A stretch of DNA of 64,000 nucleotides, taken from contig QHTE01000048.1 in assembly GCA_003220685.1 (NCBI GenBank), positions 95,029-159,028 on the forward strand, written 5' to 3'. Origin of the DNA: Candidatus Rokuibacteriota bacterium. Lineage in GTDB: Bacteria; Methylomirabilota; Methylomirabilia; Rokubacteriales; CSP1-6. Below, in pieces: positions 17,331 to 27,686 of the stretch. A model generated the notes under the pieces. The model was given only the letters and a program-made list of their open reading frames with translations, searched no databases and was not told the DNA's origin. The number at the start of each line of letters is the position of its first letter. Position 1 is the stretch's first letter. Position numbers and translations under genes: made by a program.

Positions 17331-18929
17331 ATGCAACGTCCCCGATTCGAGGCATATAGCGCGTTCAACCTGATCGCCGTCGCGCTGATCCTCATCGCCG
17401 CGACGTCGACGGCGATCCCGTTCGCGGCGCCGGCCGGCGCCGCGGCCAAGGGCAAGCTGGTGCTCGCCTGGCACGCCGGATTCGCATCGCGCTGGCTCGA
17501 CCCGCAGGAGCACGACGGCACCGCGACGCCCGACAACTTCTTCACCGCGATCCACGACGCGCTGATCAAGAATCAAGGTACCGAGCTCTACGACCATCCG
17601 GCCCTGGCCGAGCATTTCTCGGTCGCCCCCGACGCCAAGAGCGCGACGTTCACGCTGCGCCGAGGCACCAGGTTCCACAACGGTGATCCGGTGACGCCAC
17701 AGGACGTGAAGTTCAGCTACGAGAACTACCGCGGCGCCAAGGCCGACGTCTTCAAGAAGAAGACCGAGCGCGTGGACATCGTCGACGATCGCACGATCCG
17801 TTTCGTCTTCAAGGAGCCGTTCCTCGACTTCGCCATCCTCTTCGGCACCGCCAACGTCGCGGGCCCCGCCTGGGTGGTGCCCGAGAAGTACTACAAGCAG
17901 GTGGGCCCCGACGCCTTCAAGCAGAAGCCGATCGGCGCCGGACCCTACAAGCTCGTGCGCCACGAGCCCGGCGTGCGTGTCGAGCTGGAGGCCTTCGACG
18001 GCTACTACCGTCCGGTCAACGCCAAGCAGCTGGTGATGATCGCCGTGCCGGAGGCGGCCACCCGGGTCGCCATGCTCGAGCGCGGCGAGGCGGACATCGT
18101 CTACAACGTCCCCGGCGAGCTCATCACCAAGGTCGGGAAGCTTCCGGGCGTCACCCTGGCGCCCGTGCTGTCCGGCTCGTTCTTCATCGAGTTTGCGGGG
18201 TTCCAGGATCCGAAGAACCCGTTTCACGACAAGCGCGTGCGCGAGGCGGTCAGCCTGGCCGTCGACCGGCGCGCCATGAACCAGGCCGAGACCGCGGGCA
18301 TGGGCAAGCCGACCGGCAACTGGATCAACAACGACGTCCAGTACGCGATCGAGTGGCCCGAGTTCCCGCGGAACGTGGACCGAGCCAAGCAGCTCCTGCG
18401 CGAGGCGGGCTATCCCAACGGCTTCGACGTCGACTGGGTCACGCCGCTGCCCACGTTCTATTCCCGCGGCGAGCGTCTCATCGCGCAGCTGCGCGAGGTC
18501 GGCATCCGCGGCCGGCTTCAGACCATGGAGCGCGGCATCTATTTCCAGCGCCTGCAGGCCGGTCTCAAGGAGTTCCCGGGGACCCAGATCATCCTGCACG
18601 GCGTCCGGATCGCCGGGAGCTGGTCGTTCTGGTATGAAGGCCACTTCAAGTGCGGTGGCTTCAACTCGCGCGACCGGATCTGCGTGAAGGATCTCGACGG
18701 CAAGTTCGACCAGTACGAGCGGTCGACCAACCCGGCGGAGCGCAAGAAGCTCGCCGAGGAGATCCAGCGCGGCATCCTCGAGAATTATTACCTCGTGCCG
18801 GTGTTCCGCCACGCGTTCGTCAACGCGATCGGTCCCCGCGTGGTGCTGCAGAAATGGCAGGACGTCTTCCCGACCATCACCACGGGTTACGCGTATCCCT
18901 GGGAAGACATCAAAGTGAAGGACCAGTAA
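17331..18929 (+). CDS. ABC transporter substrate-binding protein, family 5
   Basis: 532 aa with a signal peptide. 'TFTLRRGTRFHNGDPVTPQDVKFSYE' is the family-5 signature. First gene of a five-gene transporter operon. Confidence 0.9.
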   Translation: MQRPRFEAYSAFNLIAVALILIAATSTAIPFAAPAGAAAKGKLVLAWHAGFASRWLDPQEHDGTATPDNFFTAIHDALIKNQGTELYDHPALAEHFSVAPDAKSATFTLRRGTRFHNGDPVTPQDVKFSYENYRGAKADVFKKKTERVDIVDDRTIRFVFKEPFLDFAILFGTANVAGPAWVVPEKYYKQVGPDAFKQKPIGAGPYKLVRHEPGVRVELEAFDGYYRPVNAKQLVMIAVPEAATRVAMLERGEADIVYNVPGELITKVGKLPGVTLAPVLSGSFFIEFAGFQDPKNPFHDKRVREAVSLAVDRRAMNQAETAGMGKPTGNWINNDVQYAIEWPEFPRNVDRAKQLLREAGYPNGFDVDWVTPLPTFYSRGERLIAQLREVGIRGRLQTMERGIYFQRLQAGLKEFPGTQIILHGVRIAGSWSFWYEGHFKCGGFNSRDRICVKDLDGKFDQYERSTNPAERKKLAEEIQRGILENYYLVPVFRHAFVNAIGPRVVLQKWQDVFPTITTGYAYPWEDIKVKDQ

Positions 18930-18938
18930 CCGGACGGC

Positions 18939-19859
18939 ATGTCGCAGTTCATCATCCGGCGCGTGCTGTACAGCGTCGTCACGCTCCTCATCCTGAGCGC
19001 GACGATCTTCTTGATCGTGCGCCTGACGGGCGACCCTGTCGCGCTCATGGCCGAGGCGAGCGCGCGCCCCGAGGACCTCGAGCGGATCCGGCACCAGTGG
19101 GGACTCGACCGCTCGTGGCCGGTGCAGTACGTGACCTTCATGCAGAACGCGTTCACGGGAGAGCTCGGCAAGTCCTTCAATTACCGGCTCCCCGTGAGCG
19201 AGCTTTACTTTCAGCGGCTGCCCAACTCGCTGACGCTCGGGTTGGCCGCCACGCTCATCTCGCTCCTGATCGGCATTCCGGCCGGTATCATCTCGGCGGT
19301 GAAGGTGAACAGCGGCTGGGACACCGTCGCGAAGGGCGTCGCGCTGCTCGGCCTCTCGATCCCCGGCTTCTGGCTCGGCCTCGTGCTGATCCTCGTGTTC
19401 TCGGTCTGGCTCCGGTGGCTGCCGACCTCCGGCTCGGGCGACTGGCGCCACGTCGTCATGCCGGCGCTGGCACTCGGCTGGTACTTCGCGGCGTCGATGC
19501 TGAGGCTCACCCGCTCGAGCATGCTGGAGGTGCTCGGCAGCGAGTACATCAAGCTCGCCCGGCTCAAGGGGCTCCCGGACTTCGTGGTCATCGCCATGCA
19601 CGCGTTCAAGAACGCGCTCATTCCGGTGTTCACCCTGGCCGGCGTCAACATGGTTGTGATGGTCAATGCCGCGGTCATCATCGAGGTCATCTTCGCGTGG
19701 CCCGGTATCGGCCGGCTGCTCTACGAAGGCATCTTCCAGCGCGACTTCCCGCTGGTCCAGGGCGTGGTGGTCATGGCCGGCTTCATGATCGTCGTGATCA
19801 ACCTGCTGGTGGACATCCTGTACGCCATCATCGATCCCAGAATCAGGCTCACGCGATGA
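18939..19859 (+). CDS. ABC peptide-type permease, DppB-like
   Basis: 306 aa. 'MSQFIIRRVLYSVVTLL...TGDPVALM' and the C-terminus 'VDILYAIIDPRIRLTR'. Confidence 0.9.
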   Translation: MSQFIIRRVLYSVVTLLILSATIFLIVRLTGDPVALMAEASARPEDLERIRHQWGLDRSWPVQYVTFMQNAFTGELGKSFNYRLPVSELYFQRLPNSLTLGLAATLISLLIGIPAGIISAVKVNSGWDTVAKGVALLGLSIPGFWLGLVLILVFSVWLRWLPTSGSGDWRHVVMPALALGWYFAASMLRLTRSSMLEVLGSEYIKLARLKGLPDFVVIAMHAFKNALIPVFTLAGVNMVVMVNAAVIIEVIFAWPGIGRLLYEGIFQRDFPLVQGVVVMAGFMIVVINLLVDILYAIIDPRIRLTR

Positions 19860-19876
19860 GCACGAGGTAGCCGACG

Positions 19877-20785
19877 ATGGCGACCATTCCGGCGAATACC
19901 AGGCTCGCCGCGGAACGGACCTGGACCGGCCGGCTCGCCGCACTCGTCAAGGCGGCGCGCGAAGCGCCCCTGGCCGTGGTCGTCATTCTCGGCGGGCTGA
20001 TTCTCGTGGCGGCCCTCGCCGATCTGATCGCGCCGTACGACCCGACCCTGCCGGTGAAGGGAGCCGAGATCTTCGCCCCGCCGTTCTGGATGGAGGGCGG
20101 GAGCCTGGCGACGCCGCTCGGCACCGATTTCCAGGGCCGCGACATCTTGAGTCGTCTGATCTACGGCGCGCGCGTGTCGCTGATCGTCGGGCTGATGGGC
20201 ACGCTCGTGGCCGGCGGCATCGGGACCGCGCTCGGCATCGTCTCCGGCTACCTGGGCGGCTGGGTGGACCAGATCATCATGCGCGTGACCGACGCCTGGC
20301 TCGCCCTGCCGGCGATCGTCTTCGCGATCTTCCTCGCGGCCATGATCGGCCCGAGCATGTGGAACATCATCGTCATCCTGGGCGCGGTGTACTGGACGCG
20401 CTATGCGCGTGTCATCCGCGGCGAGGTGCTGAGCCTGCGCGAGCGCGACTTCGTCAAGCTGGCCGAGATCGCCGGCGCCAGCAAGCTGCGCGTGATCAAG
20501 AAGCACATCCTGCCGAACGTCCTGAACACGGCGACGGTACTGGCGAGCCTCACCGTCGGCGTCGTCATCATCGCCGAGGCCTCGCTCAGCTTTCTCGGCG
20601 TCGGCGTACCGCCGCCGCAGCCGGCGTGGGGCCTCATGCTCTCGGAGGCGCGCCCGACCTTGATGGCGGGCCAGTGGTGGCTCACGGTGTTTCCGGGCGC
20701 GTGCATCCTCCTGATCGTCCTCGCGACACAGCTCTTCGGCGACTGGCTGCGGGTCAGGCTCGATCCCCAGACGAGAAACCTCTAG
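19877..20785 (+). CDS. ABC peptide-type permease, DppC-like
   Basis: 302 aa. 'PLGTDFQGRDILSRLIYGARVSL' motif and a BPD permease core. Confidence 0.9.
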   Translation: MATIPANTRLAAERTWTGRLAALVKAAREAPLAVVVILGGLILVAALADLIAPYDPTLPVKGAEIFAPPFWMEGGSLATPLGTDFQGRDILSRLIYGARVSLIVGLMGTLVAGGIGTALGIVSGYLGGWVDQIIMRVTDAWLALPAIVFAIFLAAMIGPSMWNIIVILGAVYWTRYARVIRGEVLSLRERDFVKLAEIAGASKLRVIKKHILPNVLNTATVLASLTVGVVIIAEASLSFLGVGVPPPQPAWGLMLSEARPTLMAGQWWLTVFPGACILLIVLATQLFGDWLRVRLDPQTRNL

Positions 20786-20796
20786 GCTTGGGGGCC

Positions 20797-21786
20797 GTGG
20801 CGCGGGACGCGGTTCTTCAGGTCGCCGGCCTCCAGACGCACTTCTTCACGTTCGGCGGCACGCGCGTCGTCCGCGCGGTGGACGGCGTCGACTTCACGCT
20901 GCGTGAAGGCGAGACCCTCGGGCTCGTCGGCGAGTCGGGGAGCGGGAAGACGACCACCTGCCTCTCGATCGTCGGGCTCCTGCCACGCGCCGCCCGCATC
21001 GTGGGCGGCGCGGTCGTCTTCGAGGGCGAGGATCTCACGCGCAAGAGCCAGCGTGAGCTCAGGCGGATCCGCGGCCGCCGGATCGCCGTCATCCTGCAGG
21101 ACCCGATGGCGTCGCTGAACCCGCTCTTCACGATCTTCCGCCAGGTGGCGGAGCCCGCGTTCTTCCACCAGCGCCTGCGGGGCCGCTCGCTGCGCGAGCG
21201 CGTGCAGAGCCTGCTGCGCGCCGTCCGGATCCCGTCGCCGGAGTGGCGCATGCGCGAGTATCCGCATCAGATGAGCGGCGGCATGCGCCAGCGCATCGTC
21301 GGCGCCATCGCGCTGGCCGGCGGGCCGCGGCTCGTGATCGCCGACGAGCCGACGACCAACCTCGACGTCACGATCCAGGCGCAGTACCTCGACCTCCTGA
21401 AGGACATCCAGCGCGACACCGGCGTGGCCCTGATCTTCGTGACGCACAACCTTGGCATCGTCGCGAAGATGTGCGACCGGGTCGCCGTCATGTACGCGGG
21501 CAAGATCGTCGAGCAGGCGGCGGTGCGCGAGCTCTTCGACGCCCCCAAGCATCCCTACACGCGCGCGCTGCTCGGCTCGATGCCGAAGCTCGGCAGCAAG
21601 GAGCCGCTCTATTCCATCCGCGGCCAGCCCCCGAACCTGGCCAATCTTCCTCCGGGCTGCTCGTTCCATCCGCGCTGCCCCGACGTCATGCCGCGCTGCA
21701 TGACCGAGGAGCCGCGCGACTTTCGGCCGGGCGACGGGAGCGTCGCCCGCTGCTGGCTCCTCGGCGATGTCCTCGCCCGTCCTTGA
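20797..21786 (+). CDS. ABC transporter ATP-binding protein, DppD/OppD-like
   Basis: Walker A 'GESGSGKTT', signature 'MSGGMRQR', Walker B 'LVIADEPT'. Start placed at GTG 20797; TTG 20788 is an alternative. The upstream 146 aa of the ORF overlap the permease. Confidence 0.85.
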   Translation: MARDAVLQVAGLQTHFFTFGGTRVVRAVDGVDFTLREGETLGLVGESGSGKTTTCLSIVGLLPRAARIVGGAVVFEGEDLTRKSQRELRRIRGRRIAVILQDPMASLNPLFTIFRQVAEPAFFHQRLRGRSLRERVQSLLRAVRIPSPEWRMREYPHQMSGGMRQRIVGAIALAGGPRLVIADEPTTNLDVTIQAQYLDLLKDIQRDTGVALIFVTHNLGIVAKMCDRVAVMYAGKIVEQAAVRELFDAPKHPYTRALLGSMPKLGSKEPLYSIRGQPPNLANLPPGCSFHPRCPDVMPRCMTEEPRDFRPGDGSVARCWLLGDVLARP

Positions 21787-22735
21787 AGTCCGGGCCCTGA
21801 CGAAGCACTTTCCCGTGCGGCGCACGCTGCTCGGCGGCCCGGCGAGGCTCGTGAAGGCCGTGGACGGCATCGATCTCGCCATCGGCGCCGGCGAGACGCT
21901 CGGGCTCATCGGCGAGTCCGGCTGCGGGAAGACGACGACCTCCAAGCTGATCCTGCGCCAGGAGACGCCGACCTCCGGGACGATCAGGTTCGAGGGGCGG
22001 GACATCGCGAGCCTCAAGGGCGCCGACCTCATGGCGTACCGGCGCGCGGTACAGGTCGTGTTCCAGGACCCGTTCAGCTCGCTGAGCCCGCGCATGCGCG
22101 TGGGCGACATCATCGCGGAGCCGCTCGAGATCCACACCGACCTGCCGCATGCGGCGATCGAGGAGCGCGTTGGCCGAGTGCTCGAGCTGGTCGGCCTGGC
22201 GCCGGACGTCGCGCCGCTGTTCCCCCACGAGTTCAGCGGCGGGCAGCGGCAGCGCATCGCGATCGCCCGCGCGCTGGCGACCGACACGCGGCTCATCGTG
22301 CTGGACGAGCCGGTCTCCGCGCTCGACGTGTCGGTCCGGGCCCAGATCATCAACCAGCTCGAGGCGCTGCAGAAGAAGCTCGGCGTGAGCTATCTCTTCA
22401 TCGGCCACGACCTCGCCACCGTCGCGCACATCAGCCACCGGATCGCGGTGATGTACCTCGGCAAGATCGTCGAGACGGCGCAGAGCGACGCCTTGTGCGC
22501 GCGCCCGATGCATCCCTACACGCAAGCGCTCTTCGCCGCCGCGCTGCCCTCGCATCCGGACGACCGCGCGCCGGACAAGCCGATCACCGGCGAGGTACCG
22601 AGCGCCCTCAGCCTGCCGTCAGGGTGTCGCTTCCATCCGCGCTGTCCGTCGGCGATACCGGTCTGCTCCCAGACCGAGCCCGCCCTGCGGCGCCGCGAGG
22701 GCGGCGGCGAGGTGGCCTGCCACCTCTACCCGTAG
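21767..22735 (+). CDS. ABC transporter ATP-binding protein, DppF/OppF-like
   Basis: 322 aa. 'GESGCGKTT', 'FSGGQRQR', 'LIVLDEPVSALD', and an oligopeptide C-terminal domain 'GCRFHPRCP'. Confidence 0.9.
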   Translation: MSSPVLEVRALTKHFPVRRTLLGGPARLVKAVDGIDLAIGAGETLGLIGESGCGKTTTSKLILRQETPTSGTIRFEGRDIASLKGADLMAYRRAVQVVFQDPFSSLSPRMRVGDIIAEPLEIHTDLPHAAIEERVGRVLELVGLAPDVAPLFPHEFSGGQRQRIAIARALATDTRLIVLDEPVSALDVSVRAQIINQLEALQKKLGVSYLFIGHDLATVAHISHRIAVMYLGKIVETAQSDALCARPMHPYTQALFAAALPSHPDDRAPDKPITGEVPSALSLPSGCRFHPRCPSAIPVCSQTEPALRRREGGGEVACHLYP

Positions 22736-22747
22736 GCCCGCAGTCTG

Positions 22748-23842
22748 CTACTCTCCGACGTCGACGATGGCGATGACCGGCCCGCCTCCCTGCGGTCCCT
22801 GGTGCATCGCGTCGACCGAGACGAACACGGCCGGATCGCCGATCGCGGCTGCCGCGACGCCGCCGACGGCGGCCTTGGAGTGGCGGTGGTGGTGCACGTC
22901 GGAGTCGTCGAGCATGATCTGACGCCGCCCGCGCAGCTTGGCGCGATGGTCGGCCTCGGACTTGATGAAGCAGTTGACCAGGCGCCCCCTGAGGTCCTCC
23001 GCGCGCGCCCGCTCCGGCAGGTCGAGCCCGGCGTTGCGGATCGCGGCGTAGATGCCGTCGATGTCGAGCGCGTCCTTCATGACGCTGTGACCGATGCCGT
23101 AGCGCCCGCCCGCGCCCGCCCTGTTGCCCATCAGGATGATCTGCGCGCGCGTCAGCTCGACGCCCGAGGAGCAGGAGGCGACCGACGAGTAGAGATCGAG
23201 GTCCTTGCAGATCTGCTCGGCGCGCGGCATCGGCAGCTCGCCGAGGGCGACCGCGATGCCGAGACCGGTGGTACCGTTCGACACGCCCATCGAGTCGTGC
23301 ACCTCGCAGGCCACGGTCTTGCCTCGGCGCTTGGCGTTCTCCACCCAGTCGACGGTGAGGAGCGGCGTCTTGGTCTGGACGTAGTGCACGTCCCTGGGGT
23401 CCTCGATGCCCGCGTTCTTCATCGCCGCCTTCACGCCCTCGGCCACGATCTCGACCATGCGCGGGCGGCCGATGTCCTCGGGCTGGAGCTCCGCGCTCAT
23501 CGCGGTGCCGATCACCAGGCGCGCCTTGTCGGCCGTGCCTTTCCGGTCGTTCCGCGCGAAGACGGTCGCGTGCGGCGTGATGACCCCGTCGCACCCGCCC
23601 GACCACACCATCGGGATCGTCGCGACCTCGGCCTCGCTGCGCTTACCGTGCTTGAGCAGCACGCGCCGGAAGGCGTGGTCCGCGAGCAGGCGGGTGAAGT
23701 CGTTGACCCCGCCGTTGCCCTCGGTCTTGCCCACGACAGCGACGACCTGGTCGGCGGTGAACTGGCCCGCCAGGATGCGCTCCTCGAGGCCGGAGGCGTC
23801 CTGTACGCTCTTGAGCTCGACCTTCGCTACTTCGACGGCCAT
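22748..23842 (-). CDS. ring-opening amidohydrolase, cyanuric acid amidohydrolase/barbiturase (AtzD/TrzD) family
   Basis: 364 aa, the AtzD-like length. '[16 protein letters not shown]' matches the family N-terminal motif as I remember it. The internally three-fold-repeated layout is consistent with the Toblerone fold. Confidence 0.8.
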   Translation of the reverse strand: MAVEVAKVELKSVQDASGLEERILAGQFTADQVVAVVGKTEGNGGVNDFTRLLADHAFRRVLLKHGKRSEAEVATIPMVWSGGCDGVITPHATVFARNDRKGTADKARLVIGTAMSAELQPEDIGRPRMVEIVAEGVKAAMKNAGIEDPRDVHYVQTKTPLLTVDWVENAKRRGKTVACEVHDSMGVSNGTTGLGIAVALGELPMPRAEQICKDLDLYSSVASCSSGVELTRAQIILMGNRAGAGGRYGIGHSVMKDALDIDGIYAAIRNAGLDLPERARAEDLRGRLVNCFIKSEADHRAKLRGRRQIMLDDSDVHHHRHSKAAVGGVAAAAIGDPAVFVSVDAMHQGPQGGGPVIAIVDVGE

Positions 23843-23873
23843 CGTGTCTGTCTCCTCTTGCGGTGCCGCGCGA

Positions 23874-24626
23874 TCAGAGCGGTCGGGGCGCGACCCGGAT
23901 CCCGTCTTCGACGGAGAGGTCGACGCGCAGGACCGCGCCGACCTGATCGCGGCCGCCCCAGTCCGTGACGGGCGCGCCCGCGTAGCAGGCGACCACGCCG
24001 CCCTGGCTGACGTCGGTCTGGACGTGCTGGTGGCCGAGCGCGAGGTAGTCCCAGCCCGTGTCGCGAATCTCGTCGGCGAAGATCGGCGACGAGCGATCCG
24101 GCCGCTGCCGCGCCTCGTAGAAGAAGCCGTGGGCCATCGCCAGGTGCCAGCGTCGGTCGTCGCGCCCGGGAATGTGCGCGAGCGGCTGGAACCCCGGCTC
24201 GTGCTCCTCCATCGCCCGGCCCCAGACGACGGCGTCGAGCTCGGGGAAGTCGACGACCTCGCCGTTCAGCCGGCGGATCACGCGGACGTGGCTGAGCCCG
24301 GCCGCGAGATCGTGGCGATCGTGGATCGCGTTCGTGTAGAGCGCATCGTGGTTCCCGGGCAGGATGACGACCGGCTGTCGGAGCCGCGCGAGCTCGGCGC
24401 GCACGAAGTCGATGGCCTCGTCGGACACGCGGTTGTGATCGAACAGGTCGCCGGCGATCAGCACGAGATCGGCGCGGTCGCTCAGCGCGCGATCGACGAT
24501 GCGCGACAGGACGCGCCGGACCCTCGCCTGGTGCGCGGCTTGCTGGCGCGCGTCGCCGTAGCCGTCGCTCTCGAGGTGGACGTCGGCGGTGTGCAGCACT
24601 CGCAAGGGGCGTCGAGAGGAGGACAT
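23874..24626 (-). CDS. metallophosphoesterase (calcineurin-like)
   Basis: 250 aa from [11 protein letters not shown]. Motifs 'HTADVHL', 'AGDLFD', 'GNHD', 'GHQH'. The start was chosen to leave room for the divergent gene at 24650. Confidence 0.8.
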   Translation of the reverse strand: MSSSRRPLRVLHTADVHLESDGYGDARQQAAHQARVRRVLSRIVDRALSDRADLVLIAGDLFDHNRVSDEAIDFVRAELARLRQPVVILPGNHDALYTNAIHDRHDLAAGLSHVRVIRRLNGEVVDFPELDAVVWGRAMEEHEPGFQPLAHIPGRDDRRWHLAMAHGFFYEARQRPDRSSPIFADEIRDTGWDYLALGHQHVQTDVSQGGVVACYAGAPVTDWGGRDQVGAVLRVDLSVEDGIRVAPRPL

Positions 24627-24649
24627 GGCAGCAGCATGCCACATTTCCG

Positions 24650-25099
24650 TTGCATAATGCCGGCATGGCTCCTTCCGTCGCGACACCCGAGGACTGGCTG
24701 CGCACGTTCGAGGCCGCGGTCCGCGCCCGCGACTTCGCGGGCGGCCGCAAGCTGTTCGCCACCGACGCGGTGGCCTTCGGTACCTGGGCCCGCACCGTGG
24801 CGGGCCTGGACAACATCGTCCGCGAGCAGTGGCAGAACGTCTGGCCCCGCATTCGCAATTTCCACTTCGAGTCGGACACGAGCGTGCGCGCGTCGGGCGA
24901 CAGCGCGTGGATCGCCGGCGGCTGGCTCACCGAGGTCACCGGACCCGACGGCCGGCCCTTCACGCGCCCGGGCAGGGGCACCTTCGTGCTCGAGCGGCGC
25001 AGAGGGAAATGGCTCGCGGTGCACAGCCACTTCTCGCTCTTGCCGTCGCAGTCCGAGACGGCCCACGGGCGGCTGCCGACCGACGCCGCGCGCTCGTGA
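24650..25099 (+). CDS. NTF2-like/SnoaL-like (DUF4440/DUF3225-type) small protein
   Basis: 149 aa (alternative ATG at 24665). 'WLRTFEAAVRARDF...LFATDAVAFG' and the C-terminal 'GRGTFVLERRRGKWLAVHSHFS' are typical of the cone-shaped NTF2 fold. Confidence 0.6.
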   Translation: MHNAGMAPSVATPEDWLRTFEAAVRARDFAGGRKLFATDAVAFGTWARTVAGLDNIVREQWQNVWPRIRNFHFESDTSVRASGDSAWIAGGWLTEVTGPDGRPFTRPGRGTFVLERRRGKWLAVHSHFSLLPSQSETAHGRLPTDAARS

Positions 25100-25596
25100 G
25101 CGCCGTCCGGGTGCGCCCGGCGCGCCTCGAGGAAGCGGCGATCCTCGCCGAGATGGCCAACGACCTGAACGACCACGTCGGGATCCACGGCCGGCCGTTC
25201 ACCGCGGAGCGGGTGCGCACCGACGGCTTCGGCGCGCCCGCCGCGTTCACGCCGCTGGTCGCCGACCTCGACGGGGCGGTGGCGGGCTACGCCTTCTTCA
25301 CCCTGGGCTACAACACGGACATCGCGGCCCGCGCGATGTGGCTCCACGACATCTTCGTGAAGCCGGCGGCGCGCGGGCGCGGCGTCGGCCGCGCCCTCAT
25401 GGCCGCGGTGGCGGCGGAGACGCTGCGGCTGGGCGGACGTTCGCTGGAATGGGGCGTGCACTCCGCCAATGCGGGCGCGCTCGAATTCTACCGGCGCCTC
25501 GGCGCGGCCGGCGGCGAGGCGCGCATCATGGGCCTGGCCGGCGAGCGGCTGCGCGCGCTCGCGAGCGGCGCGCGATCGGACTCGGCCGCGTCATGA
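25096..25596 (+). CDS. GNAT family N-acetyltransferase
   Basis: 166 aa from a GTG that overlaps the upstream stop (GTGA). 'LHDIFVKPAARGRGVGRALM' is the acetyl-CoA binding motif A. Confidence 0.8.
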   Translation: MSAVRVRPARLEEAAILAEMANDLNDHVGIHGRPFTAERVRTDGFGAPAAFTPLVADLDGAVAGYAFFTLGYNTDIAARAMWLHDIFVKPAARGRGVGRALMAAVAAETLRLGGRSLEWGVHSANAGALEFYRRLGAAGGEARIMGLAGERLRALASGARSDSAAS

Positions 25597-26682
25597 GTCA
25601 GGCGCGAGCGTCATCCTCCAGATCTCGACGTCGTACACGATGTTTCCGCTCTCAGTGGCCGACGTGATCGCAGCGAATCCGGTCGCGTCGTCGGTGATCG
25701 CGACGGTGGCGTAGGCCTTCGCGCCCGTCGCGGCGACGCGCACGCTCTTCCGCGTCAGGTCGAAGACACGCATGCCGCGCCGGTCGCCGGTGGGCGCGAG
25801 CAATCGGCCGTCCTCGGTGAAGCGGGGCGAGCCGGTCGGCGGGCCCGAGGCTTCGGGATGCGCGTCGGAAAGAAGCTCGGCGCCCGTCGTCACGTCCCAG
25901 GCGTAGACCGTCCCCTCGATCGTGACCGCGGCAGCGCGCGAGCCGTCGGGCGACAGCGCCACCACGACCGCCCACACCTCCGGTGGCGGCATACCGGCAG
26001 GCGGCGGACCCGGACGACGAGAGCGACCGACCGAGAACTGGCGGATCGGCGTCGCCGCGACCGGGTCCCAGACCGTGACGCCCCCCTCGTGCCCGGCCGT
26101 GACGAGCCTCGTTCCGTTCGCCGACAGATCGAACGCGGTCATGACCTCGCTATGGGGACTCGTGATCCGGCTCGACGCGAGACGCGTTCCGAGATCGACG
26201 ACGACGACCTCGCGCTCGCACATGACCGCCAGGTGCTCGCCCGCGCCATCGAACCGCAATGCGAGGCAGCGCCCCATGGGCATAGACGCGACCTCCACCC
26301 ACGTGGTCCCGTCCGGGCGCCAGAATCGCAGCGCGCCCTCACCGGAGCGACCGAGGGAGACGAGTAGATCCCCGGAGGGAGCAAACGCGAGGTCCACGAT
26401 TGCTTGACGGGGTCGGATGGGGCCGAACGTGGCTGGTCCCGTGCCGTCCGCAGGCGACCAGACTCGGATCGAGCCGTTGCGCTGGCCGGTCGCGACGCGG
26501 CTCGCATCGCGGGTGACGGCGATCGTGTCGACGAACGCGCCGGCCGTGTTCACCTCGGCGATCTCCGCCACACGGGCGGCCAGCGGTCGCGCCGGCGGCG
26601 CCTCGCGGCAGCTGCTCGCGAGGAGGGCTGCCCCGAAAGCCATGGACACAATCGCGAGCCCGGCTGTCGTGGCACGCCTCAC
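25591..26682 (-). CDS. WD40-like beta-propeller lipoprotein
   Basis: 363 aa. Signal peptide with lipobox 'LLASSC'. Repeated 'DG..L.T.G.DG.(V/I)R(V/F)WD'-like blades, e.g. 'GSIRVWSP', 'GGVTVWDP', 'GTVYAWDV'. Confidence 0.7.
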   Translation of the reverse strand: MRRATTAGLAIVSMAFGAALLASSCREAPPARPLAARVAEIAEVNTAGAFVDTIAVTRDASRVATGQRNGSIRVWSPADGTGPATFGPIRPRQAIVDLAFAPSGDLLVSLGRSGEGALRFWRPDGTTWVEVASMPMGRCLALRFDGAGEHLAVMCEREVVVVDLGTRLASSRITSPHSEVMTAFDLSANGTRLVTAGHEGGVTVWDPVAATPIRQFSVGRSRRPGPPPAGMPPPEVWAVVVALSPDGSRAAAVTIEGTVYAWDVTTGAELLSDAHPEASGPPTGSPRFTEDGRLLAPTGDRRGMRVFDLTRKSVRVAATGAKAYATVAITDDATGFAAITSATESGNIVYDVEIWRMTLAPDS

Positions 26683-26699
26683 CCGAAAATCTTACGACG

Positions 26700-27632
26700 G
26701 TGGTCGTGCGCGGAACGAATCTGCCGTATCGTGCTCTGGTGATCGTCCACCTGGTCGACGGGACCTACGAGCTGTTCCGCTACTTCCTCTCGCCGGCAGC
26801 GGCGTTCGAGCGGACCGCGCCCGAGGAGCTGCGCGCGGTGCGCGGCGTCGTGACCTCGATGCTCGGCATGCTCGAGGGGGGCGCCACCCATCTGGGCGTG
26901 GCCACGGACCACGTCATCGAATCGTTTCGCAACGGGCTCTGGCCGGGCTACAAGACCGGCGAGGGGATCGACCCGGCTCTCCTCGCCCAGTTCGAGCCGC
27001 TCGAGGACGCGCTGAGGGCGCTCGGCGTCGTGGTCTGGGCGATGGTCGAGTTCGAGGCCGACGACGCGCTGGCCGCCGCCGCGGCCGTGGCCGCCGCCGA
27101 CCTCCGCGTCGAGCAGGTGATCGTGTGCACGCCGGACAAGGATCTGGCGCAGTGCGTGCGCGACGACCGCGTCGTCCAGCTCGACCGGCGCACCCGCGAG
27201 GTCCGCAACGAGTCGGGTGTCCGGCAGAAGTTCGGCGTCTCGCCGGCGTCGATCCCCGATTGGCTGGCGCTCGTGGGCGACAGCGCCGACGGCTTTCCGG
27301 GCTTGCCGGGCTGGGGCGCGAAATCCGCCGCGACCGTGCTGGCGCGATATCAGCGCCTCGAGCAGATTCCCCGGCGCGCCGAGCAGTGGGACGTGCCGAT
27401 GCGCGGCACCACGCGGCTGGCGACGACCCTGGTCGAGCAATGGGAGCGCGCGCTGCTGTTCCGCCGTCTGGCGACCCTGCGCGCGGACGCGCCGATCGGC
27501 GCCGCCGTGGACGCGCTGCACTGGACCGGGCCGCGCGGCGAGTTCGCGGAATGGGCCAAGCGTCTGGGCGCGCCGATGCTGCAGGAGCGCGCGGTGAAGC
27601 TGGCGGCCGAGCGCGCCGCGGTCGGTCGCTGA
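26700..27632 (+). CDS. 5'-3' exonuclease / flap endonuclease (PIN-like plus H3TH domains)
   Basis: 'HLVDGTYELFR', 'EADDAL' and 'LVGDSADGFPGLPGWGAKSA' are 5'-nuclease motifs. GTG 26700 is the ORF-track start; GTG 26739 (VIVHLVDG) is an equally plausible start. Confidence 0.85.
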   Translation: MVVRGTNLPYRALVIVHLVDGTYELFRYFLSPAAAFERTAPEELRAVRGVVTSMLGMLEGGATHLGVATDHVIESFRNGLWPGYKTGEGIDPALLAQFEPLEDALRALGVVVWAMVEFEADDALAAAAAVAAADLRVEQVIVCTPDKDLAQCVRDDRVVQLDRRTREVRNESGVRQKFGVSPASIPDWLALVGDSADGFPGLPGWGAKSAATVLARYQRLEQIPRRAEQWDVPMRGTTRLATTLVEQWERALLFRRLATLRADAPIGAAVDALHWTGPRGEFAEWAKRLGAPMLQERAVKLAAERAAVGR

Positions 27633-27686
27633 GCGGGAGCGCCTGCGCGTCCGCCCCGAAGGTCAGCGCCTCCCGGCGGCCCCCGG

